Positions 1-6,907 of a stretch of DNA of 32,219 bases are shown one piece after another. The stretch is taken from positions 1-32,219 of the forward strand of contig JBLHWN010000001.1 of the NCBI GenBank assembly GCA_047629175.1. Direction: 5' to 3'. A program made the translations under genes and the position numbers. The notes beneath the pieces were generated by a model. That model did no database searches. It saw only the letters and a program-made list of their open reading frames with translations, and was not told the origin of the DNA. How positions within the stretch are numbered: position 1 is the first letter of the stretch; each line of letters opens with the position of its first letter. Source of the stretch: Minisyncoccia bacterium (lineage in GTDB: Bacteria > Patescibacteriota > Minisyncoccia > Phycocordibacterales > UBA1006).

Positions 1-115
1 CTAGTCGAATACTAAGGGATGGTAAGGTACCACCGTTTTTCTCTTTAAGAACTCGTAACCTTTCCTTCAAAGCGTTTTTTTTCGCGTACACCTTCTTGAC
101 AACTTGTTTTATCAT
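1..115 (-). CDS. hypothetical protein, N-terminal fragment (gene runs off the left edge)
   Basis: ATG at 115-113, then open frame MIKQVVKKVYAKKNALKERLRVLKEKNGGTLPSLSIRL to position 1. A TGaTATAAT box (133-141, minus strand) lies 17 nt upstream. No family recognised. Confidence 0.3.
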   Translation of the reverse strand, partial: MIKQVVKKVYAKKNALKERLRVLKEKNGGTLPSLSIRL

Positions 116-258
116 AATGTAACGTTTCTTAAATTATATCATTAATATACCAAGCATGCAATAGCTGTATGCCAGTCAATCGTTTTTTATTTTCGAAATT
201 CACTACGCCCTAAAATACAAGAAACGTAGTGACTATATATTTGGAAGCACTCATGGGG

Positions 259-264
259 TATACT
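259..264 (+). promoter_or_regulatory. -10 box TATACT, 6 nt upstream of the smpB ATG (leaderless geometry)
   Basis: TATACT 259-264, spacer cctact, ATG 271. No SD in between. Confidence 0.45.
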
Positions 265-270
265 CCTACT

Positions 271-717
271 ATGAACTTGCTCGTAAACAAACAAGTAAAA
301 AGAAGTTATGAGATAATGGACACCTTTGAAGCAGGAGTAAAACTACAAGGTTGGGAGGTTAAATCCTTACGTCTTAAACATGGCTCAATCAAAGAAGCCT
401 ATATCACGGTTGACAATGAGGTATTTCTGATTGGTGCGCACTTCCCTCTGTTCCAAGCTGGCCACGCGCATCAGGAATCATTAGACCCTTATCAGAAACG
501 AAAGCTTCTTCTTTCAAGAAAACAAATAGAAGACCTCAAAGCTTCTCAAAAACGACAAGGGCTAACCGTAGTCCCAATGAGAATTTACGAAAAAGGGAAT
601 CTTATCAAAATTGAAATTGCGGTGGCTCGCGGTAAGAAATTGCATGACAAACGAAAGACCTTAAAAGATCGAACAAGTAAACGCGAGGTTGAACGAGCTA
701 TTAAAAATAATAATTAA
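271..717 (+). CDS. smpB: SsrA-binding protein SmpB
   Basis: FEAGVKLQGWEVKSLR and KRKLLL motifs, basic C-terminal tail, tmRNA gene immediately downstream. Start moved from 229 (GTG) to ATG 271 on the promoter geometry. Confidence 0.9.
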   Translation: MNLLVNKQVKRSYEIMDTFEAGVKLQGWEVKSLRLKHGSIKEAYITVDNEVFLIGAHFPLFQAGHAHQESLDPYQKRKLLLSRKQIEDLKASQKRQGLTVVPMRIYEKGNLIKIEIAVARGKKLHDKRKTLKDRTSKREVERAIKNNN

Positions 718-724
718 CACATAT

Positions 725-955
725 ATGAAAGAATTTAAATTAGGAAAATATAAACATCACAAAGGTAAGGAATACGAGGTTATTGGAATTGCAAAACACA
801 GCAAAACACTCAAAGATTTAGTCGTCTATAGAGCACTCCATAATTCTCCAGAATTTGGTGACAAAGCTCTTTGGGTACGTCCAATGAGCGCATTTACAGA
901 AAGTGTTTCGCTAGCCGGCAAAAAGGTTTCTCGTTTTACATATATTGAAAAGTAA
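725..955 (+). CDS. DUF1653-like small protein
   Basis: YKHHKGKEYEVIGIAKHSKTLKDLVVYRAL...LWVRPMSAF matches the DUF1653 pattern recalled from memory. ATG 725 chosen rather than the 689 overlap. Confidence 0.7.
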   Translation: MKEFKLGKYKHHKGKEYEVIGIAKHSKTLKDLVVYRALHNSPEFGDKALWVRPMSAFTESVSLAGKKVSRFTYIEK

Positions 956-1189
956 CTATTGTTACTTTTTTTATTTTAGCTTAGACTAGTAAGTAGATGC
1001 CTTTGCCTACCTCGTGATTCCTCCTCGGATTGGCCATTGCAAGCAAACAGTCCTCAAGGATTACGGAATGCTCTTGTGAGTATTTTTTTTTGGCATATCA
1101 TAGTAACTAACTCCCTTTGGTCTGATTCGCTTACGCTCATATAGACCATCCTTCGGAGCGGGCTGAAACTTCCCGCAGGGGAAGTTTCA

Positions 1190-1565
1190 GGGGATGACAG
1201 GCTTCGCTAGGAAGTTCGTTGTCTTCAAATTGCATATCGAGTTGGTAGTGAACTTGTAAAACGCTGCACTCCTTAACTGGAAAATCAATTGCTTCACCAT
1301 ACACGGTGAACACTCTAGCGCTCGCGTAACACACCTCGCGGCTAGTGCACCCTGCCCTACTGTTCAATACAGGTAACGGTGTATCATAAAATTTGATCTA
1401 GGAATATAGAGCTTTCTCCTCTATAAACTGAAACAAAGAAGAATCGAGGATTGATCGCTTTTGTCCTGCTTTTAGGTCATGACTCTAAACAAATTAAGTA
1501 AGACTATATATGTAGACGTTTGAAGGCTTCCTTCTTACACGGCGGTTCGAGTCCGCCCATCTCCA
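1190..1565 (+). ncRNA. ssrA: tmRNA (one-piece, standard order); CCA not encoded
   Basis: 5' GGGGATG (1190-1196) pairs with CATCTCC (1558-1564), including the G3-U70 wobble. GGCTTCGCT D-loop analogue. T-arm GGCGG-TTCGAGT-CCGCC (1541-1557), discriminator A 1565. Internal tag frame ends LALA-TAA. Sits next to smpB. Confidence 0.85.
1291..1329 (+). other. tmRNA tag-peptide reading frame (ASPYTVNTLALA-stop; possible earlier resume at GGA 1279 giving GKSIASPYTVNTLALA)
   Basis: In-frame GCT...CTA GCG CTC GCG TAA about 100 nt from the tmRNA 5' end. The hydrophobic LALA C-terminus is typical of degradation tags. The resume codon itself is not certain. Confidence 0.55.
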
Positions 1566-1569
1566 CAAA
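1548..1569 (+). repeat. 22-nt direct repeat, copy 1 (3' end of tmRNA)
   Basis: cgagtccgcccatctccacaaa, identical to 1735-1756. Confidence 0.95.
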
Positions 1570-1575
1570 ATTAAG

Positions 1576-1600
1576 AAAAGCCCTTTCGGGTTTTTCTTTT
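1576..1600 (+). terminator. intrinsic terminator after ssrA
   Basis: aaaagccc-tttc-gggttttt hairpin followed by a T-rich run. Confidence 0.6.
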
Positions 1601-1753
1601 GTGGAGATGAAGAACAGTCCTGTGAACTGTTCGGCGGACGAGAAAAGCGGACTCATGTACAATTGAGGAAGAATGACGAGCAGGACAGAGGAGCTGGGAC
1701 CAGCGTGAAAATGCATTAGCATTTTACATGTGGACGAGTCCGCCCATCTCCAC
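1601..1753 (+). ncRNA. candidate structured tRNA-like / tmRNA-derived RNA
   Basis: Closing 9-bp helix GTGGAGATG (1601-1609) / CATCTCCAC (1745-1753). Hairpin 1612-1632. GGCGGAC (1633-1639) / GTCCGCC (1738-1744) stacks directly on the closing helix. Nested CATGTA/TACATG (1654-1659/1725-1730) and AATGC/GCATT (1710-1714/1719-1723). Terminators on both sides. Confidence 0.35.
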
Positions 1754-1756
1754 AAA
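1735..1756 (+). repeat. 22-nt direct repeat, copy 2
   Basis: Identical to 1548-1569. Confidence 0.95.
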
Positions 1757-1757
1757 T

Positions 1758-1792
1758 AAATCCCCCTTCCTTACGGTTGGGGGATTTTTTTA
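1758..1792. terminator. bidirectional intrinsic terminator
   Basis: aaatccccc...gggggattttttt hairpin with A and T tracts. Lies between the tRNA-like element (+) and the stop of the M14-like gene (-). Confidence 0.7.
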
Positions 1793-1801
1793 TTCAGCTG
1801 T

Positions 1802-2908
1802 CTATACAGTATTTTTATGAGACATATAAATTACCTCAGTAAAAGTAGTGCTTACAGACTCTATTTCATTTTCAAGTTGTTCCGTCCGCATTTCTGCATC
1901 GATAATAGCTTGAATTTTTTCTACTTCTTCTTTCAATTTTCGTGCACGGTTTTTCTTTTTTGGCTCAAAGACTGTTGTGAAAAAATAGTAATAGTTATAA
2001 TGCCAAAAATCGGCCTTTTCTAAAACTGATAATTCAATAGTATTAGCATCTAGATTGGGATGACTCTCTTTAAATATTTGAGATAACCCTTCAAACAAAC
2101 CACCAAGTGTCGTGTAGTCTATCGATGCAAAATGCATACTATTTTTATTAATCGCATTAAAATGTGCAAACACTTTTTCCAAATGAGAAGGTATTCCAGT
2201 TCTCATATCAAATTCACTCCTCCATACTGTTGTCGCACGACTATTATTACCTGTATGGAAATCATACAGAGCAACTTTTTTATTATCAATAAGAATGTCA
2301 GAGACAATGTTTAATATTTCAAGAGTTTCAATTTGCAATTGACTATCACCCCGGTGGTACCAAGTCTTACCCATTAGAATAGTTATTTGTTTAATTGTAG
2401 GTGTCATTTTATAACCTCTAACAAATAAATAAGAAGGGACATCCGTGAGCGGAGATTTATACACATGGAAGTCACGCGCAAGATCTACACTCTTTTGATT
2501 GGTACGTTTATAATTCTCGAAACCCCAATAATTTACTATAGGAATCGCTATAATTCGGATACCCAAACGACATAATAAATCTTCGTTTACCAATTTAATA
2601 AAAATAAGTAAGGTTTGTATTGAAAAATATTCCAACCCATGAACCCCTGCCTGCAAAAAAATTACCTTCTTTGGGAATTTAGCACCTAAAACTGCCTTGT
2701 AAGGTACTTTATACAACCATGGCAACTCACGACCAATATTTCTGTCGATAAGTTTTCCAGATTGTAATAATTCTTGAATCATTTTCTGTATCTTTTGCTG
2801 AAGTCCTGGACGCAATCTAACCTTGCGTTGATCTCTAAAAGAGAGAACTATTTTATGAGCATTCAACATACCCATAAAAACTAGTAATACAATAAGTAGT
2901 GTTTCCAT
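1802..2908 (-). CDS. M14-family zinc carboxypeptidase-like protein (MpaA/DUF2817-like), N-terminal membrane anchor
   Basis: HxxE at AGVHGLEY (H90/E93), VDLARDF resembling the M14 DLNRNF motif, and a third His in YDFHTG (H218). The H-to-H spacing of about 128 aa matches carboxypeptidase A. Hydrophobic N-terminus, coiled-coil-like charged C-terminus. Confidence 0.6.
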   Translation of the reverse strand: METLLIVLLVFMGMLNAHKIVLSFRDQRKVRLRPGLQQKIQKMIQELLQSGKLIDRNIGRELPWLYKVPYKAVLGAKFPKKVIFLQAGVHGLEYFSIQTLLIFIKLVNEDLLCRLGIRIIAIPIVNYWGFENYKRTNQKSVDLARDFHVYKSPLTDVPSYLFVRGYKMTPTIKQITILMGKTWYHRGDSQLQIETLEILNIVSDILIDNKKVALYDFHTGNNSRATTVWRSEFDMRTGIPSHLEKVFAHFNAINKNSMHFASIDYTTLGGLFEGLSQIFKESHPNLDANTIELSVLEKADFWHYNYYYFFTTVFEPKKKNRARKLKEEVEKIQAIIDAEMRTEQLENEIESVSTTFTEVIYMSHKNTV

Positions 2909-2958
2909 AGATATGTTTTTTAATTAAAATTAATTTCTATACAAACTCTACAAAAAAG

Positions 2959-2967
2959 TGATATAAT
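2959..2967 (+). promoter_or_regulatory. extended -10 TGaTATAAT (leadered; about 41 nt to ATG 3009)
   Basis: gtgatataat at 2958-2967. Confidence 0.45.
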
Positions 2968-3008
2968 TGCAAACGTATTATCAATTAATCATAAAAAAAA
3001 TATTTAAT

Positions 3009-3497
3009 ATGAAAAAATTACTAAAATATCTTCCACAAATTTTATTTGCTGCGGCACTTATCTTTATGGGGGCAATCGGAAAATTAACAGGAGCTGCTCC
3101 AGCAGTAGATATGTTCACGCAAATTGATTTATTTGGACAAGGTGAAGCATTTGGGCGAATTCTTGTAGGACTTGGACAACTTGCTGCTGGTATTGGAGTA
3201 TTCTTCAAACCAACACGTAAAATTGCTGCAGTAGTGGGAATCGTGATCATGGCAGGAGCTATCTTCTATTCAGTGACTCTCTTTGGAGCATCACCAATTA
3301 TCGCAATTGTGGTATTAGCACTTGGAGTATGGATCCTTCTAAAAGGTGGATGTAAAGGATGTTGTACAAAAGGAGCATGTGATTCATCAAAGAAATGCGA
3401 CAGTGGTAAATGCTGTGAAGGAGAAACATGTGACGCTTCAAAGAAATGTGAAGGAGGAACATGCCCTGCTGAGAAAGCAGAGATGAGCGAAGAATAA
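3009..3497 (+). CDS. DoxX-like four-helix membrane protein with Cys-rich C-terminal tail
   Basis: About four hydrophobic helices (LFAAALIFMGAIGKL..., GRILVGLGQLAAGIGVFF, AAVVGIVIMAGAIFY, IIAIVVLALGVWILL), then 10 Cys in about 40 aa. Start placed at MKKLL (3009). Confidence 0.55.
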   Translation: MKKLLKYLPQILFAAALIFMGAIGKLTGAAPAVDMFTQIDLFGQGEAFGRILVGLGQLAAGIGVFFKPTRKIAAVVGIVIMAGAIFYSVTLFGASPIIAIVVLALGVWILLKGGCKGCCTKGACDSSKKCDSGKCCEGETCDASKKCEGGTCPAEKAEMSEE

Positions 3498-3560
3498 TAT
3501 TTTATTCTTAAAAAATTAAATGAATAAGGTCACATTAGTGATTATTATGAATTTGATAAA

Positions 3561-3590
3561 ATAAAACACCGAAAGGTGTTTTATTTTTTT
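3561..3590. terminator. bidirectional terminator (DoxX / secA convergent pair)
   Basis: aaaacacc-gaaa-ggtgtttt with flanking A/T tracts. Overlaps the secA stop. Confidence 0.75.
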
Positions 3591-6037
3591 CTTGTTTCCC
3601 AACCTGCTGCGATAAAGTCATCAAGTTTTTTCTTTTTAACTCGACGTACTTCTCCATTTTTCATTATCTCAACATTGTCGTCTTTTTTAGCTAAGACAGG
3701 AGTATCTGATTCACCTTGAGTTGCAGTAGCACTTTGCTTTCTAAGCTCAACATGAGCAAACAGTTCAGCAACCTTACTCGTAAATGCATCTCCCATCTCC
3801 TGATACAAACGTAATCCTTCTTTCTTGTACTCTACTAATGGATCACGTTGACCATAAGCACGAAGATTTACTGACTGACGTGTGTAGTCCATAACCTGCA
3901 AGTGTTGCATCCATAACATATCCGTAACATATAAAGTAATCCGCGTGAACAATTCTTGGTATTGTTTTAGATCAAGTTCTTCTTGTTTCTTTTTGATCAT
4001 TGCTGACCAATCCTCGTTCACCGTCAGAATATTTGTTTCAATTTCTTTGATGATTTTCATATCACCTGCAAGAATTTTTCCACGTCGATCATACACTGTA
4101 TCACGTTGGTATGACAAAACATTATCATAATCAAGAACTGATTTACGTCCATCAAAGTGAAATCCTTCTACCTTTTCTTGAGCTCCTTCGAGCTGCTTTG
4201 AAATCATTTTGTTTTGAATAGCTTCGTCATCTTTTAGACCAAGCTTAGAAACGATCGATTTTAGTCGATCACCTCCAAATATTTTCATAATTGGATCTTC
4301 AAGTGATACATAGAACTGCGTCTCTCCAGCGTCTCCCTGACGTCCAGCACGTCCACGTAGCTGGTCATCAATACGGCGAGCATCATGTCTTTCCGTACCT
4401 AACACGAACAAACCACCCAGGTCTTTGATCTCTTGTTCTTGTTCTGGTGTTGCTGGGTTCCCTCCTAACTTAATATCAACACCACGTCCTGCCATGTTCG
4501 TCGCAATAACTACTGATCCGGCCTTTCCGGCCTGAGCAATAATTTCTCCTTCGTTTTCATGATTCTTTGCATTCAACATTTGGTGACGAACTCCTGCCTG
4601 CATAAGATATGCTGATAACATTTCATTATTTTCTACAGACACCGTACCGATCAAAACAGGTTGTCCTTTGGCTTGTTTTTCTTTTACCTTTACTGCAATC
4701 GCTTTAAATTTTGCTTCTTCTGTTTGGTAAATTAAATCAATTTGATCTAAACGCTGGATTTCTCGATGCGTTGGAATAACCACTACATCCATGCCATATA
4801 CTTTTTGGAATTCTTCCTCGGATGACATACCTGTCCCTGTCATACCTGAGAGCTTTTTATAAAACTTGAAATAGTTCTGGTAGGTAATTGACGCCATTGT
4901 CTTTGATTCTTGCTGAATGGTTACACGTTCTTTTGCCTCAAGAGCCTGGTGCAATCCATCAGAATAACGACGTCCGTCTTGCAAGCGACCAGTAAACTGA
5001 TCAACAATAATTACTTCGTTCTTTTGTACAACATAATCACGATCTCGCAGGAATACAGACTGAGCACGCAAAGATGTCTCTAAATGGTGAACGAGTTTAA
5101 TATTTTCTTGGGTATAAATATTTTTAATCTTTAATGATTTTTCAGCCTTGTTGATCCCTTGATCAGTAATTGTCACAGCCCGTAGTTTTTCATCAACCTC
5201 GTAGTCTTCCCCTTTTACAAGAGATTTTGCAATGGTGTTCATTGCGGCATAAATATCACCTGCATTATCTGCAGCTGTCGAAAGGATCAATGGTACGCGC
5301 GCCTCATCAATTAAAATTGAATCTACCTCATCAATAACGACATAGTTGTGCCCACGTTGAACGACTTGTTCTGGTCGTTGCGCGGTATTATCCCGCAAGT
5401 AATCAAAACCAAATTGGTTATTAGTACCGTACGTAATATCAGCCTCATATGCTGATTTTCGTTTTGTTGGTTTCAGGAATTCATAAAAGATTCTAAATGA
5501 ACCAAGCTCATCACGCTCTTCATCAACCTCCTGATGACCCGGATCGTACATAAATGATTGCTCTTTGTCGTTAATAATTCCAATTGAAAGACCATGGAAA
5601 GCGAAAACTTGACCCATCCATTGTGCATCACGTCGTGCCAAGTAATCGTTTACCGTCACAACATGGACCCCTTTTTCTGTTAAGGCATTTAGGTATGTAG
5701 GTAAGGTTGAAACTAATGTCTTTCCTTCCCCAGTTCTCATTTCAGTAATAAGACCTTCGTGAAGCATTATCCCTCCCATTAATTGAACATCATAATGCCG
5801 TTGACTAAGCGTTCGGACTGCTGTTTCTCGAACAACGGCAAAAGCCTCAGGAAGAATCTCATCAAGAGTTTCTCCTTGTGTTAGGCGATCTTTAAATTCC
5901 TGTGTTTTATCTTTTAGATGTTCATCAGATAGCGCTTCTATTTCTGACTCTAGAGCATTGATTTTTTCAACTGTTTTTTGAACGTTTTTTAGCTTCTTTT
6001 GGTTCTCGTCTCCAAACATTTTCTTCAATAATTTCAT
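3581..6037 (-). CDS. secA: preprotein translocase ATPase SecA
   Basis: 818 aa. MRTGEGKTL Walker A, VIDEVDSILIDEARVPLI, TNMAGRGVDI motifs and SecA-type N-terminus. Confidence 0.95.
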   Translation of the reverse strand: MKLLKKMFGDENQKKLKNVQKTVEKINALESEIEALSDEHLKDKTQEFKDRLTQGETLDEILPEAFAVVRETAVRTLSQRHYDVQLMGGIMLHEGLITEMRTGEGKTLVSTLPTYLNALTEKGVHVVTVNDYLARRDAQWMGQVFAFHGLSIGIINDKEQSFMYDPGHQEVDEERDELGSFRIFYEFLKPTKRKSAYEADITYGTNNQFGFDYLRDNTAQRPEQVVQRGHNYVVIDEVDSILIDEARVPLILSTAADNAGDIYAAMNTIAKSLVKGEDYEVDEKLRAVTITDQGINKAEKSLKIKNIYTQENIKLVHHLETSLRAQSVFLRDRDYVVQKNEVIIVDQFTGRLQDGRRYSDGLHQALEAKERVTIQQESKTMASITYQNYFKFYKKLSGMTGTGMSSEEEFQKVYGMDVVVIPTHREIQRLDQIDLIYQTEEAKFKAIAVKVKEKQAKGQPVLIGTVSVENNEMLSAYLMQAGVRHQMLNAKNHENEGEIIAQAGKAGSVVIATNMAGRGVDIKLGGNPATPEQEQEIKDLGGLFVLGTERHDARRIDDQLRGRAGRQGDAGETQFYVSLEDPIMKIFGGDRLKSIVSKLGLKDDEAIQNKMISKQLEGAQEKVEGFHFDGRKSVLDYDNVLSYQRDTVYDRRGKILAGDMKIIKEIETNILTVNEDWSAMIKKKQEELDLKQYQELFTRITLYVTDMLWMQHLQVMDYTRQSVNLRAYGQRDPLVEYKKEGLRLYQEMGDAFTSKVAELFAHVELRKQSATATQGESDTPVLAKKDDNVEIMKNGEVRRVKKKKLDDFIAAGWETRKK

Positions 6038-6044
6038 ACAATCG

Positions 6045-6053
6045 ATTTTACCA
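6045..6053 (-). promoter_or_regulatory. extended -10 TGgTAAAAT, 7 nt upstream of the secA ATG
   Basis: Minus strand reads tatggtaaaat-cgattgt-ATG(6037). Confidence 0.5.
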
Positions 6054-6063
6054 TAGACCTATC

Positions 6064-6092
6064 AAAAAAACAGACATACGTCTGTTTTTTTT
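6064..6092. terminator. bidirectional terminator between the rpsP region and secA
   Basis: a7-cagac-atac-gtctg-t8 hairpin. Confidence 0.75.
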
Positions 6093-6200
6093 GATCACCT
6101 CCACTGAGAGTCGCTAGGTGCGAGCTCCAAGATCATCCTAAGTGAGTGCCGCTAACGACTCTCACTAGAGGCGATAACGCACAAAGAAGGTGCACACAAA
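6093..6200. ncRNA. candidate structured RNA / 3' UTR element (GC-rich island)
   Basis: Roughly 53% G+C by hand count in an AT-rich spacer. A 9-bp helix TGAGAGTCG/CGACTCTCA encloses about 40 nt. A terminator follows on the minus strand. No family recognised. Confidence 0.25.
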
Positions 6201-6343
6201 GTATAAACCAAAAGAAGAAGAAAATGAACTACAGAGCTTTCCGCAGAAGCGACAATAGTGAATTTTGTCAGAAAAAGAATTCTTACTTATTATGACCTTT
6301 TTTCTGTAAAACGAACTCAAAATTTTTCTAAAAAAAAAGAAGA

Positions 6344-6826
6344 CTATGCTTCAATTTTTTCTTCAACGGGAGTTTCCTCGGCTGCTGGTGCTTCTTCTGT
6401 TTCAGTAACTTCTTCGATTACTGAAGCCTCTTCTACTGGTGCTTCTTCAGTTGTGTCTTCAACTACTGGTGCTTCTTTGGCTACATCAGCTTTTGGTTTA
6501 GATACTGGTGCCTTGACTTCTGGTTCTTCATCTGGTGCATTTCGTTTTTTTGTTGGTGACTTCTTAGGGAGAACGTTTTTCTTTCGTCCTTCTATAAGAC
6601 CTTTTGTTACCAACATATTGAATACGGTGTCAGAAGGTTGTACCCCTTTTGAAAGCCAATCTTTTGCTGCAGCTTCATCCAAAGTAACTGTTCCCATTTT
6701 TGGGTTGTATGATCCTAAAATATCAACATACCGGTGTGATTTAGGGCCTTTTGTTTTTTCAATAACGACAATTTTGAAGTGTGCTTCATTTCGTCGTCCT
6801 ACTCGTTGTAATCTCATCATTAACAT
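6344..6826 (-). CDS. rpsP: 30S ribosomal protein S16 with long acidic C-terminal extension
   Basis: MLMMRLQRVGRRNEAHFKIVV...GSYNP is an S16 core of about 80 aa, followed by about 75 aa of K/P then E/A/P/V-rich low complexity. Confidence 0.9.
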   Translation of the reverse strand: MLMMRLQRVGRRNEAHFKIVVIEKTKGPKSHRYVDILGSYNPKMGTVTLDEAAAKDWLSKGVQPSDTVFNMLVTKGLIEGRKKNVLPKKSPTKKRNAPDEEPEVKAPVSKPKADVAKEAPVVEDTTEEAPVEEASVIEEVTETEEAPAAEETPVEEKIEA

Positions 6827-6835
6827 ATGCGCCTG

Positions 6836-6863
6836 ATACTATCAAAATAATAGCTTTTGGCAA
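6836..6863 (-). promoter_or_regulatory. rpsP promoter: TTGCCA - 16 nt - TGaTAGTAT, 9 nt upstream of the ATG
   Basis: Minus strand reads TTGCCA(6863-6858) ... tgaTAGTAT(6841-6836) caggcgcat ATG(6826). Confidence 0.55.
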
Positions 6864-6892
6864 GAAAATATAATATGCCTTTATCTATTGCG

Positions 6893-6901
6893 TGTTATAC
6901 T
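6893..6901 (+). promoter_or_regulatory. extended -10 TGtTATACT, 6 nt upstream of ATG 6908
   Basis: cgTGtTATACT-caggtc-ATG. Confidence 0.55.
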
Positions 6902-6907
6902 CAGGTC

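Noticed and set aside
1345-1360. RNase P RNA-like motif GTAGGGCAGGGTGCAC on the minus strand, resembling the conserved AUAGGGCAGGGUGCC segment.
   Set aside because: The surrounding sequence lacks a convincing P4 (GAGGAAAGUCC / ACAGAACCCGGCUUA) pair. The whole 1190-1565 region is explained much better as a plus-strand tmRNA: acceptor stem with G3-U70, T-arm, tag frame and smpB adjacency.
1541-1609. Circularly permuted two-piece tmRNA gene, suggested by a 3' acceptor strand followed about 35 nt later by a complementary 5' strand GGAGATG.
   Set aside because: A complete, normally ordered tmRNA with its own 5' GGGGATG lies upstream, and a terminator separates the two pieces. The downstream element is reported separately as a finding.
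1673-1708. 11-codon mini-ORF MTSRTEELGPA, with GAGGAA upstream, inside the tRNA-like element. Also an NDEQ... frame reminiscent of tmRNA tags.
   Set aside because: It is too short to evaluate. The tag-like frame ends KMH-stop, which is not a typical hydrophobic degradation tag. Both are likely incidental.
1137-1755. Minus-strand ORFs 1137-1367 and 1504-1755 from the ORF track.
   Set aside because: They overlap the tmRNA and the tRNA-like element on the opposite strand. They have no start context and are artefacts of the GC-richer RNA sequence.
6093-6102. GATCACCTCC, identical to the 16S rRNA 3' anti-SD region.
   Set aside because: There is no other rRNA-like sequence around it. It is an isolated 10-mer inside the GC-rich spacer element.
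6258-6836. 192-aa Ser-rich plus-strand ORF.
   Set aside because: It is a shadow of rpsP on the opposite strand. Its low-complexity S/A/T composition mirrors the E/A/P tail of S16.
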